This document shows positions 1-11,430 of a stretch of DNA of 64,000 bases, one piece after another. The stretch is from Carcharhinus amblyrhynchos (Eukaryota): the NCBI GenBank assembly GCA_965287045.1, contig OZ336870.1, positions 94,736,001 to 94,800,000 on the forward strand. The letters run 5' to 3'. The notes beneath the pieces were generated by a model that worked only from the letters and a program-made list of their open reading frames with translations, was not told where the DNA came from and made no database searches. The stretch's first letter is position 1. Each line of letters starts with the position of its first letter. The translations under genes were made by a program, and so were the position numbers.

Positions 1-520
1 AAACTCCAGAAAATAGAGGCCTACACTGTTTAATTTCTCATCATAAGACAAACCCCTTAACTCTGGAACCAATCTAGTGAACCTCCTCTGAACTGCTTCC
101 AATGTAATTACATCCCTCCTCAAGTAAGGGGATTAAAACTGTACATGATAGTCTCTGCATGATCTCACTAATGTTTTGCACAATAACAGCAACATTTCAT
201 TACGTTTATACTCTATTCCTTTAACAATAAATGCCAGTATTCCAAATGCCTTCCTTATTACCTGCTGTACCTGCATACTACTTTTCAATGATTCATGCAT
301 ATGGGCATCTACATCCCTCTGCCCTGAAGCGCTCAAAAGTTTCTCTCCATTGAGATAGTAATTTGCCATTGTATTTTTCTTACCAAAATGGATAACCTCA
401 TACTTATCCACATTAAATCTATCTGCCAAATTTTGTCCCATTCACTTAACCTATTGATATCCATTTGTAAGTTTCTTATTTCATTATCTTAATATACTCT
501 TCCACCCATTTTAGTGCTGT
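1..520 (-). mobile_element. CR1 LINE ORF2 (RT C-terminal) fragment, runs off the window edge
   Basis: ORF 133..441(-) FNVDKYEVIHFGKKN...YYLNGEKL...QVQQVIRKAFGILAFI...LVRSCRDYHVQF matches the CR1 RT C-terminus seen in other copies here. Confidence 0.9.
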
Positions 521-649
521 TCATCATTCCAGTGTTTATTGACCTTCAATGGCTCCTGGTCCAACAATGCCTCATTTTTAAAAATTGACAGTTTTTTTTT
601 CAAATTTCCTTGTTGCGTTGCCAACCAGCGATGCCCATGTCCCACGGAT

Positions 650-870
650 GAAAATCTCTCCAATCTCCTCCAGCCATAAAAGCCTCCAAGCACACTCAGT
701 GGCCTTGTCCCTAAGTTGTGAAATAGCTCCCTAAACCAATTTGTGACTCTGATTGTCTTCTTTTAGTATGCACCTTAAAACTTACCATTTTAATCAAGTT
801 TTTCATTCCCCCACCCCCCACCAGTATCTCCTCATCTGCCTATAAAGCTGTAACATCAGTCTTACGATAT
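650..870 (+). mobile_element. Decayed L2-like LINE 3' region
   Basis: ctccaatctcctccagcc...ccctaagttgtgaaatagctccctaaacc...ccttaaaacttacc resembles recalled L2 3' ends; highly diverged. Confidence 0.4.
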
Positions 871-1544
871 GTTACAATGTTAAAATGAAGAATATATATT
901 TGACTTGTTGGTGTTGGTTGGTTGGGCTGTATAAAAATGACCTGCTTATTATTTCAACGTGATGTTACCTTCTACTAGATTTATGTGTTTGCTGCTTGTT
1001 CAGATGCTAAACTTTTCCAAGTTTCCATCCTGATTGACTCCCTAACCTTTGAAAAAAAAGGGTATCAAGAGGGTTGTTGAAAGGAAACCAGCATTCCTAT
1101 GTGTTGTAAATTGTTCACTGTGCACAATCTGTTGAAAGTCCTAATGTTTAACATTTGGAAAGTCGCTTGTGGTACTTACAGCCGCTGCAGCTGGTGATTG
1201 CACCAAACTCACTCAAATTAAATGGCCTGGAAACAAGATATTTGCTTAGAATGTGAGAATACTGTAATTCTGGGAGTCCCAGGAAGACAAAACGGTTGAT
1301 TTCTTTGCCTAGGGTTCTTGGGCGATTGTGGAATGAATGGTTTCTTGTCATTATTATTCATCCAAAAGAATTCCCTTTCAGAGTTCTGTCTCCCCTCATC
1401 TGTGTAGGATCAACCTAGAGCGATTTCTACTTTCTGAGATTAGCATCCCTTTCCAGACCCTGAGGCTATAGATTAAATATTGACTATATTAAAAGCTTCA
1501 AGAGTGGTTCTTCCTTAACTACTTGAACCAATCAATTTTTAAAA

Positions 1545-1920
1545 GTTTATTATTCATTCATGGGATGTGGTCATCGCTGGCTAGCCAGTAGTCATTGCCC
1601 AACCCTGGTTGCCCTTGAACTGAGTGGCTTGCTGGCCCATTTCAGAGGGCAGTTGAATCAACCACATTGCTGTGGCTCTGGAATCACATGTAGGCTGGAC
1701 CAGGTAAGGACGACAGATTTCCTTCCCTAAAGGACAATGGGTTTTTACAGCAATCGACAATGGTTTCATGGTCATCAGTGGATTTTTAATTCCAGATATT
1801 TTTTATTGAATTCAAATTCTACTATCTGCTGTGACAGAATTTGAACCCAGGACCCAGTACATTAATGGAGTTTATAAATGAATAGTCTTGTGATAATATT
1901 ATTAAACCATTACATCCCCC
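1545..1920 (-). mobile_element. tRNA-head SINE with a LINE-derived tail
   Basis: The minus strand starts with a tRNA-like head (B-box-like gggttcaaattc at ~1838-1850) and ends ccagcgatgaccacatcccatgaatgaat, similar to the LINE 3' ends at ~41560-41585 and 3875-3980. Confidence 0.65.
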
Positions 1921-2049
1921 AGTAATCAATGCTAAGAAAGAGAGTTTTTCTATATTTTAGTTTCATTACCATTTTTAACTGGATCACAGTTTAACAATTG
2001 GTATAAGATTTGCTTTATGCAAAAAAATTGGACAGAGCATAACAAGTAT

Positions 2050-3845
2050 CAATGAAAATTATAGCACGGGAACAGGCTTTTCAGGCCTCCAAGTCTGCAC
2101 CATCCATGCTGCACGACTGAACCAAAACCTTCTACCCTTCCAGGAACCATATCCCTCTATTCCCATCTATTCATGTGTTTGTCCAGACGCCCCTTAAAAC
2201 TCAGTATTGTATCTGCTTCCACTACCTCCCCTGGCAGCAAGTTCCTGGTACCACCAGCCTCTGTGTAAAACCTTGCCTCATACATCTTCTTTAAACCTTG
2301 CTCCTCACACCTTAAACCTATGTCCCCTAGTATTTGACTCTTCCACCTTGGGAAAAAGCTTCTGACTATCCATTCTGTCCATGCCTCTCATAATCGTGTA
2401 GACTTTTATCACATAACCCCTCAATCTGTGTCGTTCCAGTGAAAACAAAACCAAGTTTCTCCAACCTCTCCTCAATAGCTAATGCCCTCCATACCAAGCA
2501 ACATCCTGGTAAATCTTTTCTGCACCCTCTCCAAAGCCTCCATATCCTTCTGGTAGTGTGGCGACCAGAATTAAACACTATAATCTAAGTGCGGCCTAAC
2601 TAAGGTTCTATAAAGCTGTAACATGACTTGCCAATTTTTAAACTCAATGCCCCGGCCGATGAAGGCGAGCATGCCATATCTCCACCTGTATTGCCACTTT
2701 CAGTGGCCTGTGTACCTGTATACCCAGATCCCTCTGCTTATCAATATTCTTAAGGGTTCTGCCATTTACTGTACATTTCCTATCTTAGACCTTTCAAAGT
2801 GCATTACCTCGCATTTGTCCAGACTAATCTCCATTTGCCAACTCTCCTAACCTCCAACTGATCTATATTCTGCTGATAGTTCTCATTGCTATCTGCAAAT
2901 CCACCAACATCTGTGTTATCCACAACTTTCTAATCAAACCAGTTACATTTTCTTCCAAATCACTTATACATATTACAAACAGCAAAGATCCCAGCACTGA
3001 TCCCTGAGGAACGCCACTTGTCACAGCTCTCCATTCAGAAATGCACCCTTCCACTGCTACCCTCTGTCTTCTATGTCCAAGCCAGTTCTGTATCCACCTT
3101 GTCAGCACACCTCTGATCCAATGTGACTTCACCTTCTGCACAAGTCTGCCATGAGGGACCTTGTCAATGGCCTTACTGAAGTTCATGTAGCCAACATCCA
3201 CTGCGCTACCTTCATCAATCATTTTCATCACTTCTTCAAAAAACTGGATCAAGCTACTGAGACATGACCTCCCCTTCACAAAACATACTGCCTCTCGCTA
3301 ATACGTCCACTTATTTCCAAGTGGGAGTAAATCCTGTCTCAAAGAATTCTCTCCAATAATTTCCCTATCACTGACATAAGGCTCCCTGGCCTGTAATTAC
3401 CTGGATTATTCTTGCTTCCCTTCTTAAGCAAAGGAACAACATTATCTATTCTCCAATCCTCTGGGATCTCTCCTGTATGTGGGTATGCCGGCGTTGGACT
3501 GGCGTAAACACAGTAAAAAGTCTGACAACACCAGGTTTTAGTCCAACCTATTTATTTGATAATATTCTCACTAGCTTTCGAGGGGACAGAAGAGGCTGTC
3601 CCCTCGAAAGCTAGTGAGAATATTATCAAATAAATAGGTTGGACTAAAACCTGGTGTTGTCAGACTTTTTACTGTGATCTCTCCTGTAGCCAGTGAGGAT
3701 ACAAAGATTTCTCTCAAGGCCCCAGTAATTTCTCCTGTTGCCTCTTTCAGTATTTTGGGGTATATCTCATCAGGCCCTGGGGGCTTGTGGATCTTAATGT
3801 TTCTCAAGAACACAAATACCTCCTCCTTTTTGATTTCAACATGTG
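2050..3845 (-). mobile_element. 5'-truncated CR1 LINE (RT domain to 3' tail), interrupted by a PLE-like insertion
   Basis: ORFs 2863..3279 (GRSCLSSLIQFFEEV...KVPHGRL...SGVPQGSVLG) and 3571..3852 (PGPDEIYPKILKE). Confidence 0.93.
3478..3676 (-). mobile_element. PLE-derived short element inserted as a perfect fold-back; TSD (g)atctctcctgta
   Basis: Arms 3509..3589 and 3596..3676 are exact reverse complements around a 6-nt loop; direct repeat at 3465..3477 and 3676..3688; minus-strand 3' end ccagtccaacgccggcatacccaca resembles the copies at 33505 and 58015. Confidence 0.85.
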
Positions 3846-3874
3846 GCAGCAAAAAGAGTGAGGCATTTTTAAAA

Positions 3875-3980
3875 TTTCACTTTTGGGATGTGGTTGTCAT
3901 TGGCTAGATCAACATTTATTGCCCACACTAGTTGTTCTTGAGAAAGTGGTGGTGAGTTGCCTCTTGAACCACTGCAATCA
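3875..3980 (-). mobile_element. 3' end of the non-canonical CR1-group LINE family seen at 37080-41590
   Basis: Reverse complement reads ttcaagaggcaactcaccaccac...gggcaataaatg...ccacatccc, comparable to 41505-41585. Confidence 0.6.
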
Positions 3981-4021
3981 TGATGTATAAGGGTTAAAAC
4001 TGACAGTGCTGTAGACACAAC

Positions 4022-4921
4022 AGCCGTATTTTACCATTTTGATTCTAAGTACTGGGTGGACTTGAAGCTGGGAATGTTTCAGATCCCATTTTTAGACCCA
4101 TTCTGAGATGCCCCCCTATGCACCCTGCCTGCAAAAATATCAGCGATTCCGCATTTCTCTGCAGATGCCTGTGAGCGGGGCTTAACTGCCCAAAATCCTG
4201 CAGCTCCAATTGGTGCCTCCAACTACGCATGCACAGAAAAAAAGTAGAATGTGGCTCCTCTGCCACATTGCTCCTGGGCTGGATAATGACTCCCCCTGGT
4301 TCCCACAACATTGCCCCATTCCTCCAACATTACTGACCCCTTATCCCTTGCCCCATCCCACCACTACCCAGACCGATCACTGCCCCCTCCTTCCCTTTCC
4401 CCCTCTGATCTCAGGCAGGGTGGCAGTGGACCTCCTCCCCCTCCTCCTCTCTCTATATCTGTCCTCCCACCTTCCTCCTCCCACCTCCCTCTTCTCCCCC
4501 TCCTTCCCTCCCTTCTCCCTCCTCTCCCCCTCCACCGCCTCCCTCTCCCTCCCCTCCCCCCTCCTCCCCCATCCTCTCCCTCCTCGTCCCCCTACTGCCC
4601 CCAAAACTTCCTCACTAACTGGCATACCCGAATCGGACTTTTGTAGAGTATGTCTGTTTCGCGCCAAATCTGGATGGGCGAACGCGTTGGTAAATGGAGG
4701 AAGTGCTGGTAAAGTTGGACGTGTATCCCATTAAGTCAATTTAAATATATGCAAATACACTTAAATGGCCGTCACACTCGTTTTGTGTGCGGTCCTGATT
4801 GCAGCCATTTTTAGGCCTTAGTAAAGGGGGCACTGGCATGGAGGCGGACGTGGGTCGCCATTCCACTTTACCAAGTTTTCGCACCTGAAAACGGGTGCAA
4901 CATGATGGTCAAATCAGGGCC
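4022..4921. mobile_element. Non-autonomous TIR element (Harbinger-like MITE), same family as 32926..34279
   Basis: Degenerate TIRs gccgtattttacc / ggtcaaatcagggcc; shared internal blocks (gcatgc.cag; ggta.agtt.g.cgtg...cattaagtcaattt). Confidence 0.6.
4385..4605 (+). repeat. Polypyrimidine (CT-rich) low-complexity tract inside the MITE
   Basis: Runs of cctccc/ctcc seen directly; explains the Pro/Ser/Leu-rich ORFs 4210..4734 and 4311..4646. Confidence 0.9.
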
Positions 4922-4924
4922 ATG

Positions 4925-5025
4925 AACTCTGTTTCTCCCTCTCTAGATGCTGCCAGACCTGCTGAATTTTACCAGCATTCTCTGTTTTATTTCAGATTTC
5001 CGTCATCCACAATATTTTGCTTTCA
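4925..5025 (+). mobile_element. PLE-derived short element 3' fragment
   Basis: aactctgtttctccctctctagatgctgccagacctgctgaattttaccagcattctctgttttatttcagattt...aatattttgcttt; the same family occurs as a fold-back at 52310-52450. Confidence 0.6.
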
Positions 5026-5596
5026 TTACAGCAACTGCTAAAAAGTGGGAGTCACTATTGTTATATTAGCACCAAAAGAATCGGAAGTTTCTATGAATAA
5101 ATGAACTTAGCTGCATTTCTGTTAAACAAGGGATCAATCAATCGTAAATGGACAACTGAAATGCAGTCAATGCTCCCATCTTTATTCAGCACACACAGCA
5201 TTTCCTTTCAGACATCCATTATGTCACATGAAAGGCTTTTTATCATTATGTATTTCTGGAATTAAACCATACATCCTGGCATGCACAAAACTCTTTATTT
5301 TACATTCAAATATAAAATGAAATCTGATTCTCGTTCTGAATTATATTAACTATTTACAGTGTTACAGTTAAAAGCTGACAAACTGACCACAAATACATTT
5401 TGTATTTGCTTGGATAATAATGATTTGTAGAACCTTCCTCAAAATCTAGGAAGATTACTCGGAAGTTTAAAAAAACAAGAGCCTCATCCCTTTGCAGATC
5501 CTGGGAAGAAATCATTGCACCCAAGTCATGCAACAGTAGAAGACAGGGAAGTAAGGTATTTTTAAATTATACAACAGAATCAAAATACAAAGAGAT

Positions 5597-6302
5597 CTAA
5601 GGGTAAAGTTCATAGCTCCTTGAAAGTGGAGTCACAGATGGACAGAGTGGTGAAGAAGGCATTCAGCATGCTTGGTTTCATCGGTCAGAACATTGAGTAC
5701 AGGAGTTGGAATGTCTTGTTAAAGTTGTACAAGATATTGGTAAGGCCACACTTGCAATACTGTGTGCAATTCTGGTCACCCTATTATAGAAAGGATATTA
5801 TTTATCTAGAAAGAGTGCAGAAAAGATTTATGACGATGCTACCGGGACTTGATGGACTGAGTTATAAGAAGAGGCTGAATAGACTGGGACGTTTTTTTCT
5901 CTAGAGCATAGGAAGGTGGGGGGTGATCTTATCGAGGTCCATAAAATAATGAGGGGCATAGACAAGGTAGATAGTCAATATCTTATCCCAAAGGTAGGGG
6001 AGTCTAAAACTAGAGGGCATAGGTTTAAGGCAAGAGGAGAGAGATACAAAAATGTCCAGAGGGGCAATTTTTTCATACAGAGGGTGGTGAGTGTCTGAAA
6101 CAAGCTGCCAGATGTTGTAGTAGAGGCAGGTACAATTTTATCTTTTAAAAAACATTTAGATAGTTACATGGGTGCGATGGGTATAGAGGGATATGGGCTA
6201 AAGTGGTGGGGGGGGGGATTGGGATTAGCTTAGGGGTTTTAAAAAAAGGGTGGCATGGACAAGTTGGACTGTTTAAATGCTGTAAACCTCTATGACTCTA
6301 TA
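5597..6302 (+). mobile_element. CR1 LINE 3' fragment
   Basis: ORFs 5620..5904 (LVRPHLQYCVQFWSPYYRKD) and 5916..6098; tail ctctatgactctat. Confidence 0.93.
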
Positions 6303-6870
6303 ACCATGCTTATTCCCTTTGTGGGGATCAGTTCTCTCTCTGCACGGCATTTCTTTTAGTCTGCTGGTAGACCAAATGGATTGGAAGAAGTGTTTCGTCA
6401 TTTAATCGTAAATTTCAATAATTTACCGAAAGTAGAATTAAAATATCTTAAATAATTCAAGCTTAATTCAAAAATGTTGCAAAATGAGATGAATTCCTGA
6501 TAGGAAAAATCTTAATGGCAGATATGAGCTCCCTTTAAATATAGTTCCAAAAGCAATTTCTATCCAAAAACATTTTCTCCCTATCTCTCTGTTTTATGTC
6601 CAGAAACTAATGTGAACTGAATTTTTGCATAATTTTGCATGATTACTGCGCTCGTATTTTTAGCTCGAGATTCTAAATTGCATTGTCAATAGGAAAATAA
6701 ACATCAAGTATATTCTAGAAGCAATTCTGGCTATAATGGTTATAATTTTGAAGCATTTCATTTTGGAAAAGGGGGAAAAAGGGGCTGGAATGTTTTCTAT
6801 TATCAAGGGCCTATTGGTACTAATATTAGAACTTTGTGTTTCAGGATTTCTCCCAACTTCTCTAACCTGC

Positions 6871-7207
6871 CATAGAACATAGAACCCTACAGTGCAGAAA
6901 GAGGCCCTTCAGCCCATCGAATCTGCACCGACCACAGTCACACCCAGGCTCTATCCCCATATCCCTACATATTTACCCACTAATCCCTCTAACCTACATA
7001 TCCCAGGACAATAAGGGGCAATTTTAGCATGGCCAATCAACCTAACCCGCACATCTTTGGACTGTGGGAGGAAACCCGAGCACCCAGAGGAAACCTACGC
7101 AGACACGAGGAGAATGTGCAAACTCCACACAGGCAGTGACCCGAGCCGGAAATCGAACCCACGTGGAGCTGTGAAGCACAGTGCTAACCATTGTGTTACC
7201 GTGCCTG
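6871..7207 (-). mobile_element. V-SINE (HE1-like tRNA-derived SINE), near full length
   Basis: Minus strand: head ggcacggtaacacaatggttagcactg...gggttcgatttcc, V-domain tgtgtggagtttgcacattctcctcgtgtctgcgtaggtttcc, and CR1-derived tail ending (ttctatg)n. Confidence 0.88.
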
Positions 7208-7389
7208 CCATAACCTGTACACCATGGCAGCATTACTCAAGATAACTTTCCCCTACCTCCCCCACTGCCCCCAAATGGATGAGTGCAAAAGTCTGAAGCT
7301 GGAGCCTAACCTGCTCAAACCAATTTTAACAGTGGAATGATGAGGAAGCGGGAAACAAATCCATTCTAAGGAGATAGGTCATGTGCTTC

Positions 7390-7680
7390 TGTTATGAACC
7401 CAGTTGGTCACATTTGCCAAGCCTGGGCAAAACCCACAGGCAAAGTGCCAGTTCTAGATTAGAGGAGTTCCTTTGTACTTTCCTCTTGACCCCTAGGGGG
7501 TGGAACAATGATTAGCACTGCTGCTTCACAGCGCCGGGTTCAATTCCAGCCTTGGGTGATCAGACTGTGTAGAGTTTGTACATACTCCTCGTGTCTGGGT
7601 GGGTTTCCTCCGGGTGCTCCGGCATGTGGAGAACACATTCAATCATTTAAATAGGCAGACAGCACCACCTCTTCAAAACT
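7390..7680. mobile_element. Partial LTR-like sequence (starts tgttatga) containing the 5' half of a V-SINE at ~7495..7621(+)
   Basis: The tgttatg start matches the solo LTRs at 26837 and 39255; SINE head attagcactgctgcttcacagcgccgggttcaattcc followed by the V-domain. Confidence 0.5.
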
Positions 7681-7969
7681 ATCTAGCCTCCCTTTATGGA
7701 TTACATTTGGCTGCTAAATGAGAGAGATCGGGCAAATAGCAGCATGGGTGAAGATGTCATTGACAGAACAAAGGTGAAAGGGTTCTGGTCCTGCTTCTCT
7801 CCAGTGGCCTCTTGCTTTGGTTTATGTAGAGTAAAAGAAAATTAAGATACATTGTTATAATAGGTGGTTCCTCTGTAACTTTTGAAGCATTTTGATCATA
7901 TCATTTGCTGGACTGTTTGTGTTCTCAGAGCATTGCATGGGCAAACAGTCCCTCATCGAAGCCTCTTAC

Positions 7970-8088
7970 TTGTATTTCTCCATCCTCTTTGGCTTCACTA
8001 CCGACCTGGGTCTCCATCTCAGAAATCATTATGTCAGGTAAATCACCACCTTTAATACTTGATTCGCAAATTTTTTCGTCCATTTTTC
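7970..8088 (-). other. Candidate coding exon of an unidentified gene (MDEKICESSIKGGDLPDIMISEMETQVGSEAKEDGEIQ)
   Basis: Acceptor ttttcaccctttcag, ATG in strong Kozak context (aaaATGG), donor caa|gtaaga, non-repetitive sequence; protein not recognised. Confidence 0.3.
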
Positions 8089-9899
8089 CTGAAAGGGTGA
8101 AAGTTAGCAAAGGTGAATGACAGTGAAAACTGGACAGTCTCTTAATATAACGATCCAACACATAAACCAAGACAAATAAGACAATCATAGTCAGTTATGG
8201 AAACTAATTTGCGTCTAAGAATGCACGTGAGAGAGAAAGTTTGCAGATAACTGCTAATTATATATTAATTGTATTTAATTGTATGCCGATGGTGGGATTT
8301 AATGCAAATTTATTTGTGCTCTTAAAACAGGAAGGGACTGAAATTGGAGCTGTTGATTCAAAGATGCTTGCTTGTAAAGTAAATAATGTGTAAAGATTGA
8401 CCCCGTTCTATCATCATCACTGGGTTTTCTGGAATAGGACAGGCAGGTGGAAGGGTTTGGGATCAGGAATTAATATTTCAGAGTGCAATCTTACACCACT
8501 ATAAGGATCATGAATGAATGACTGTTGCACATGCAAAGCACAACAAGGAAAGATCAGAAAAGAACAATAGTTAAGCTGATGAACTCAATTAACTTTTTCC
8601 TGCATTGTAAAACAGCATTGGAGGTCAAGATGGAATTTACTACTATAATCATCTCTCTCCATAAAACATGTTGATTGTATTTTATATCCCTGTTGCCAAA
8701 TGGTTTTCATTTTGCCCCATATTTCTATTAGGAGAGCATCCAGTCACAGTCTTTGAATTTTGAGAATCTTTCCTTTGATCTCTGTGTTACAACTGAAATT
8801 CAGCACGGTCCCATCCTCCTGAGATCCTCTTGCCACTTCAGGAAGCACGAGGTTTTGTACATTACTTGTTCACCAGATCTCTTCTCTTCCATACTCATTC
8901 TTCAGCCTCTTCTTTCTCAGTTTCCAGTCATTCGGAGTGCTTTGGAATTTTTCTCCTGATTCACCACACGTTTCCTGTCCATTCCTCAATGTTCAGCAGG
9001 CTGGATTAGCACAGCCAGCATATCGCCCATTACCTAAATAACCAAACCCTATGATACAATAAGACAACAGGAAACCCTGGCCCCGATTCTCCCATTGCGA
9101 CCTGCAACTTTTCTTGTGTGTCGGGCCAGGAGACGCGCGTGAGGGCCATTTTGCGAGTTCTCCACCAGCTTTTACAACCGCACATATCTCCCAGCTAGAG
9201 AAAAATGGTGCCACTGGGAACCCGCTAAAAATGGGTGGGCCAATGTTTAGCATGCCATTATCAGGATCCACAAGACAATCTCCACCCACATCTGCATCTC
9301 CCAGCTCTTTGCCATGATGTAACTTTGGCACAAATCAAACTACGTATTTAAAAGTTGTAACCTGGCATGGTAGCCTTGAACTGGCGTGAGGAGGTAAATG
9401 CTGCTAGTGGAGCACAGGAGATGCTTCAGGCAGCCTTGGAGATGCCTGGTGGCCTTTCTCCTGCTGCCTTCAGGTGTTGACCCATGGACCAGTGATATCT
9501 GGGGGCGGGGGGAGAGTTCTATTTCCTCAGAGCTCTCTGGGTGAGTCCTGCCCCCGCCTCCCCCCACCTCACCACCACCCAGGCAGCGTTATCATGCACT
9601 GTGGGAGGTAGCTTTGAAGGCTCCCGCTCCCCCCACTCTCTCTACTGGGCAGTTCTGTCACACACTATGGGAAGCAGCACCGAAGGCTCCTGTTCCCACC
9701 CCTCATCCCCCCACACTGGGCAGCGCTGAAGTGCACTGTGAGAAGCAGCCTCAAGGGCTCCTGCTCACCCTCCCTCTCCACAGCACTTTACAGTGACGTT
9801 GTCTTTCTGTGGGGTGTGGTCAGAGACTCTACTAAGTGCTGATGTTCCGGGGTGGGGGAAGAGTGCGCCATGTGCTGACTGAGGCCTAACCAGATGAGG

Positions 9900-10610
9900 C
9901 AGCTGCTGCTCCAGATCAGGGGTGCAGAGATTCAGACATGGACTGTTTGAAATCTGCTGTCACTGGGCACACATCTGCTGTTACTTTGCAGTCTGTCCCT
10001 GCCCTGGAATCTCCCAGGTCTCCATGCACAGATGTGTGCGGCAGGTCACAGATGCCCTGTATGCCCAGGCAGGGCAGTTCATTAATTTCAATGTGGGCCA
10101 TGCACAGCGGGAGGCCTGGGCTCTCAGCTTCACATCCATCACTGGGATTCTGAATGTGCAGGATGCAGTAGATGGCATGCACATCACCATGCAGGGCCAC
10201 AGCAATTTTTGAACATGAAGGGGTTCCACCCCTTGAACGTCCAAATTGTCTGCGACCATCAGCTGAAGATCATGTAGGTCAATGCACGCCACCCAGGGAC
10301 TGCCCATGACAGCTTTGTGTTGGATATCCCTGGGCTCTTTGAAGACCAGCCCAGGCTCCCAGAGTGACTGGGTGCCAAAGGTTGCCCACTATGGTCATGG
10401 CCGATGATACCTGTGTGGAGGCCTCAGACCAGCTACAACGAGGCCCATGTAGCCACCTGGTCCATCGTTGGGCAGTGCATTGGCCTGCTGAAGATGTGGT
10501 TCTGCTGGTTGGACCACTCTGGGGGGACCTTCCAGTATGACCCTGTGCATGCTTCATGCATCATTATTGTTTGCTGCGCGCTGCACAACATCGCCCAGCA
10601 GCGGTGAGAC
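9900..10610 (+). pseudogene. Harbinger (HARBI1-like DDE) transposase relic
   Basis: GISQVSMHRCVRQVTDALY...NVQDAVDGMHI; KGFHPLNVQIVCDH...HPGTAHDSFVL; YNEAHVATWSIVGQCIGLLKMWFCWLD...IIIVCCALHNIA; contains stops and frameshifts. Confidence 0.88.
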
Positions 10611-11129
10611 AGCTGGAGCAGGAGGAAAGGAGGAGGGGGCAAGGGGGCGAGGTGGGTATCGCACCACATGGAGAGCTGAAGGAAAGACGGCAGGCGGTAA
10701 TGGCAGGTGTCCGGCAGGGAAGGGCAGTGATGGGACACATTGATGGCAGCCCGCTTCACCTAACTGGCGCTGTGCGCTGTGGGGGGTGGAACCAACATAC
10801 ATCCACCACACCCCAGAAACAGGTGCAGCCGCTATTCCCCCTCCAAACTGACCTGTGGCCTCAAACCACCACATCACCCTTCCCCTGGTCCTGTCATCCC
10901 ACCACCATACCCCCCCCCCCAAAAAACCCTATTAATATGCCTGGGCTGCAATGGTTGCGATGTTTGGTTGAAGGCTGGAGGATGATGACGACTTGCTGTT
11001 GTGCACACTGGAATCCTACCCCTGATGCAACTCAAGTCTGACCTATCCTCCAAAGGAACGCAGCCGCATGTAGCTATAAGGGTTGGGGACACATGTGTTT
11101 CGCCCAAGAGAGGAGAGGGCACTTGCATC

Positions 11130-11430
11130 AAGGGTCTGGTGGATGTTGGGGAAGGTAGGGCAGGCACTCTGAAACATGGGCTGAGTCTGCAAGGCCGGGA
11201 TCTGAAGGGCCTCGGCTGACTTGCAGATGGCACTGTTTCGATGCCCCCTGTTCATCTGGCCCTGAGATGCCCTGGTATGAGGGCCTCTGCCACCTCCTCC
11301 CACAATGACGTGGCAGATGCACCCCGTGGGTTAGCGCTCTGACTGGGGAAGATCTGCTCATGCCTTTCCTCCACAGCAGCAGCAGCAGGTGCTCCTGGTC
11401 GGCCTCTGAAAATTTGGGAACCATCTTTGT
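11130..11430 (-). pseudogene. Harbinger Myb/SANT-like DNA-binding protein relic
   Basis: Starts MVPKFSEADQEHLL, like the PKFS..D...LL N-terminus of Harbinger Myb/SANT ORFs; convergent with the transposase. Confidence 0.6.

Noticed and set aside
1180-1226. 47-nt minus-strand exon-like segment (PFNLSEFGAITSCSG) with ttccag and gtaagt sites
   Set aside because: Not recognised as a protein, and joining it in frame to the 7970..8088 candidate gives an immediate stop; such sites occur by chance.
4210-4734. 174-aa Pro/Ser/Leu-rich ORF and overlapping ORFs
   Set aside because: Artefact of the CT-rich tract inside a MITE.
5431-5555. Plus-strand exon-like stretch with two open frames and a gtaag donor
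   Set aside because: Weak acceptor, no recognisable protein and no compatible partner exon.
9900-10610. Possible domesticated HARBI1 gene
   Set aside because: Contains stops and frameshifts and lies within TIRs beside a Myb relic, so it is a dead transposon.
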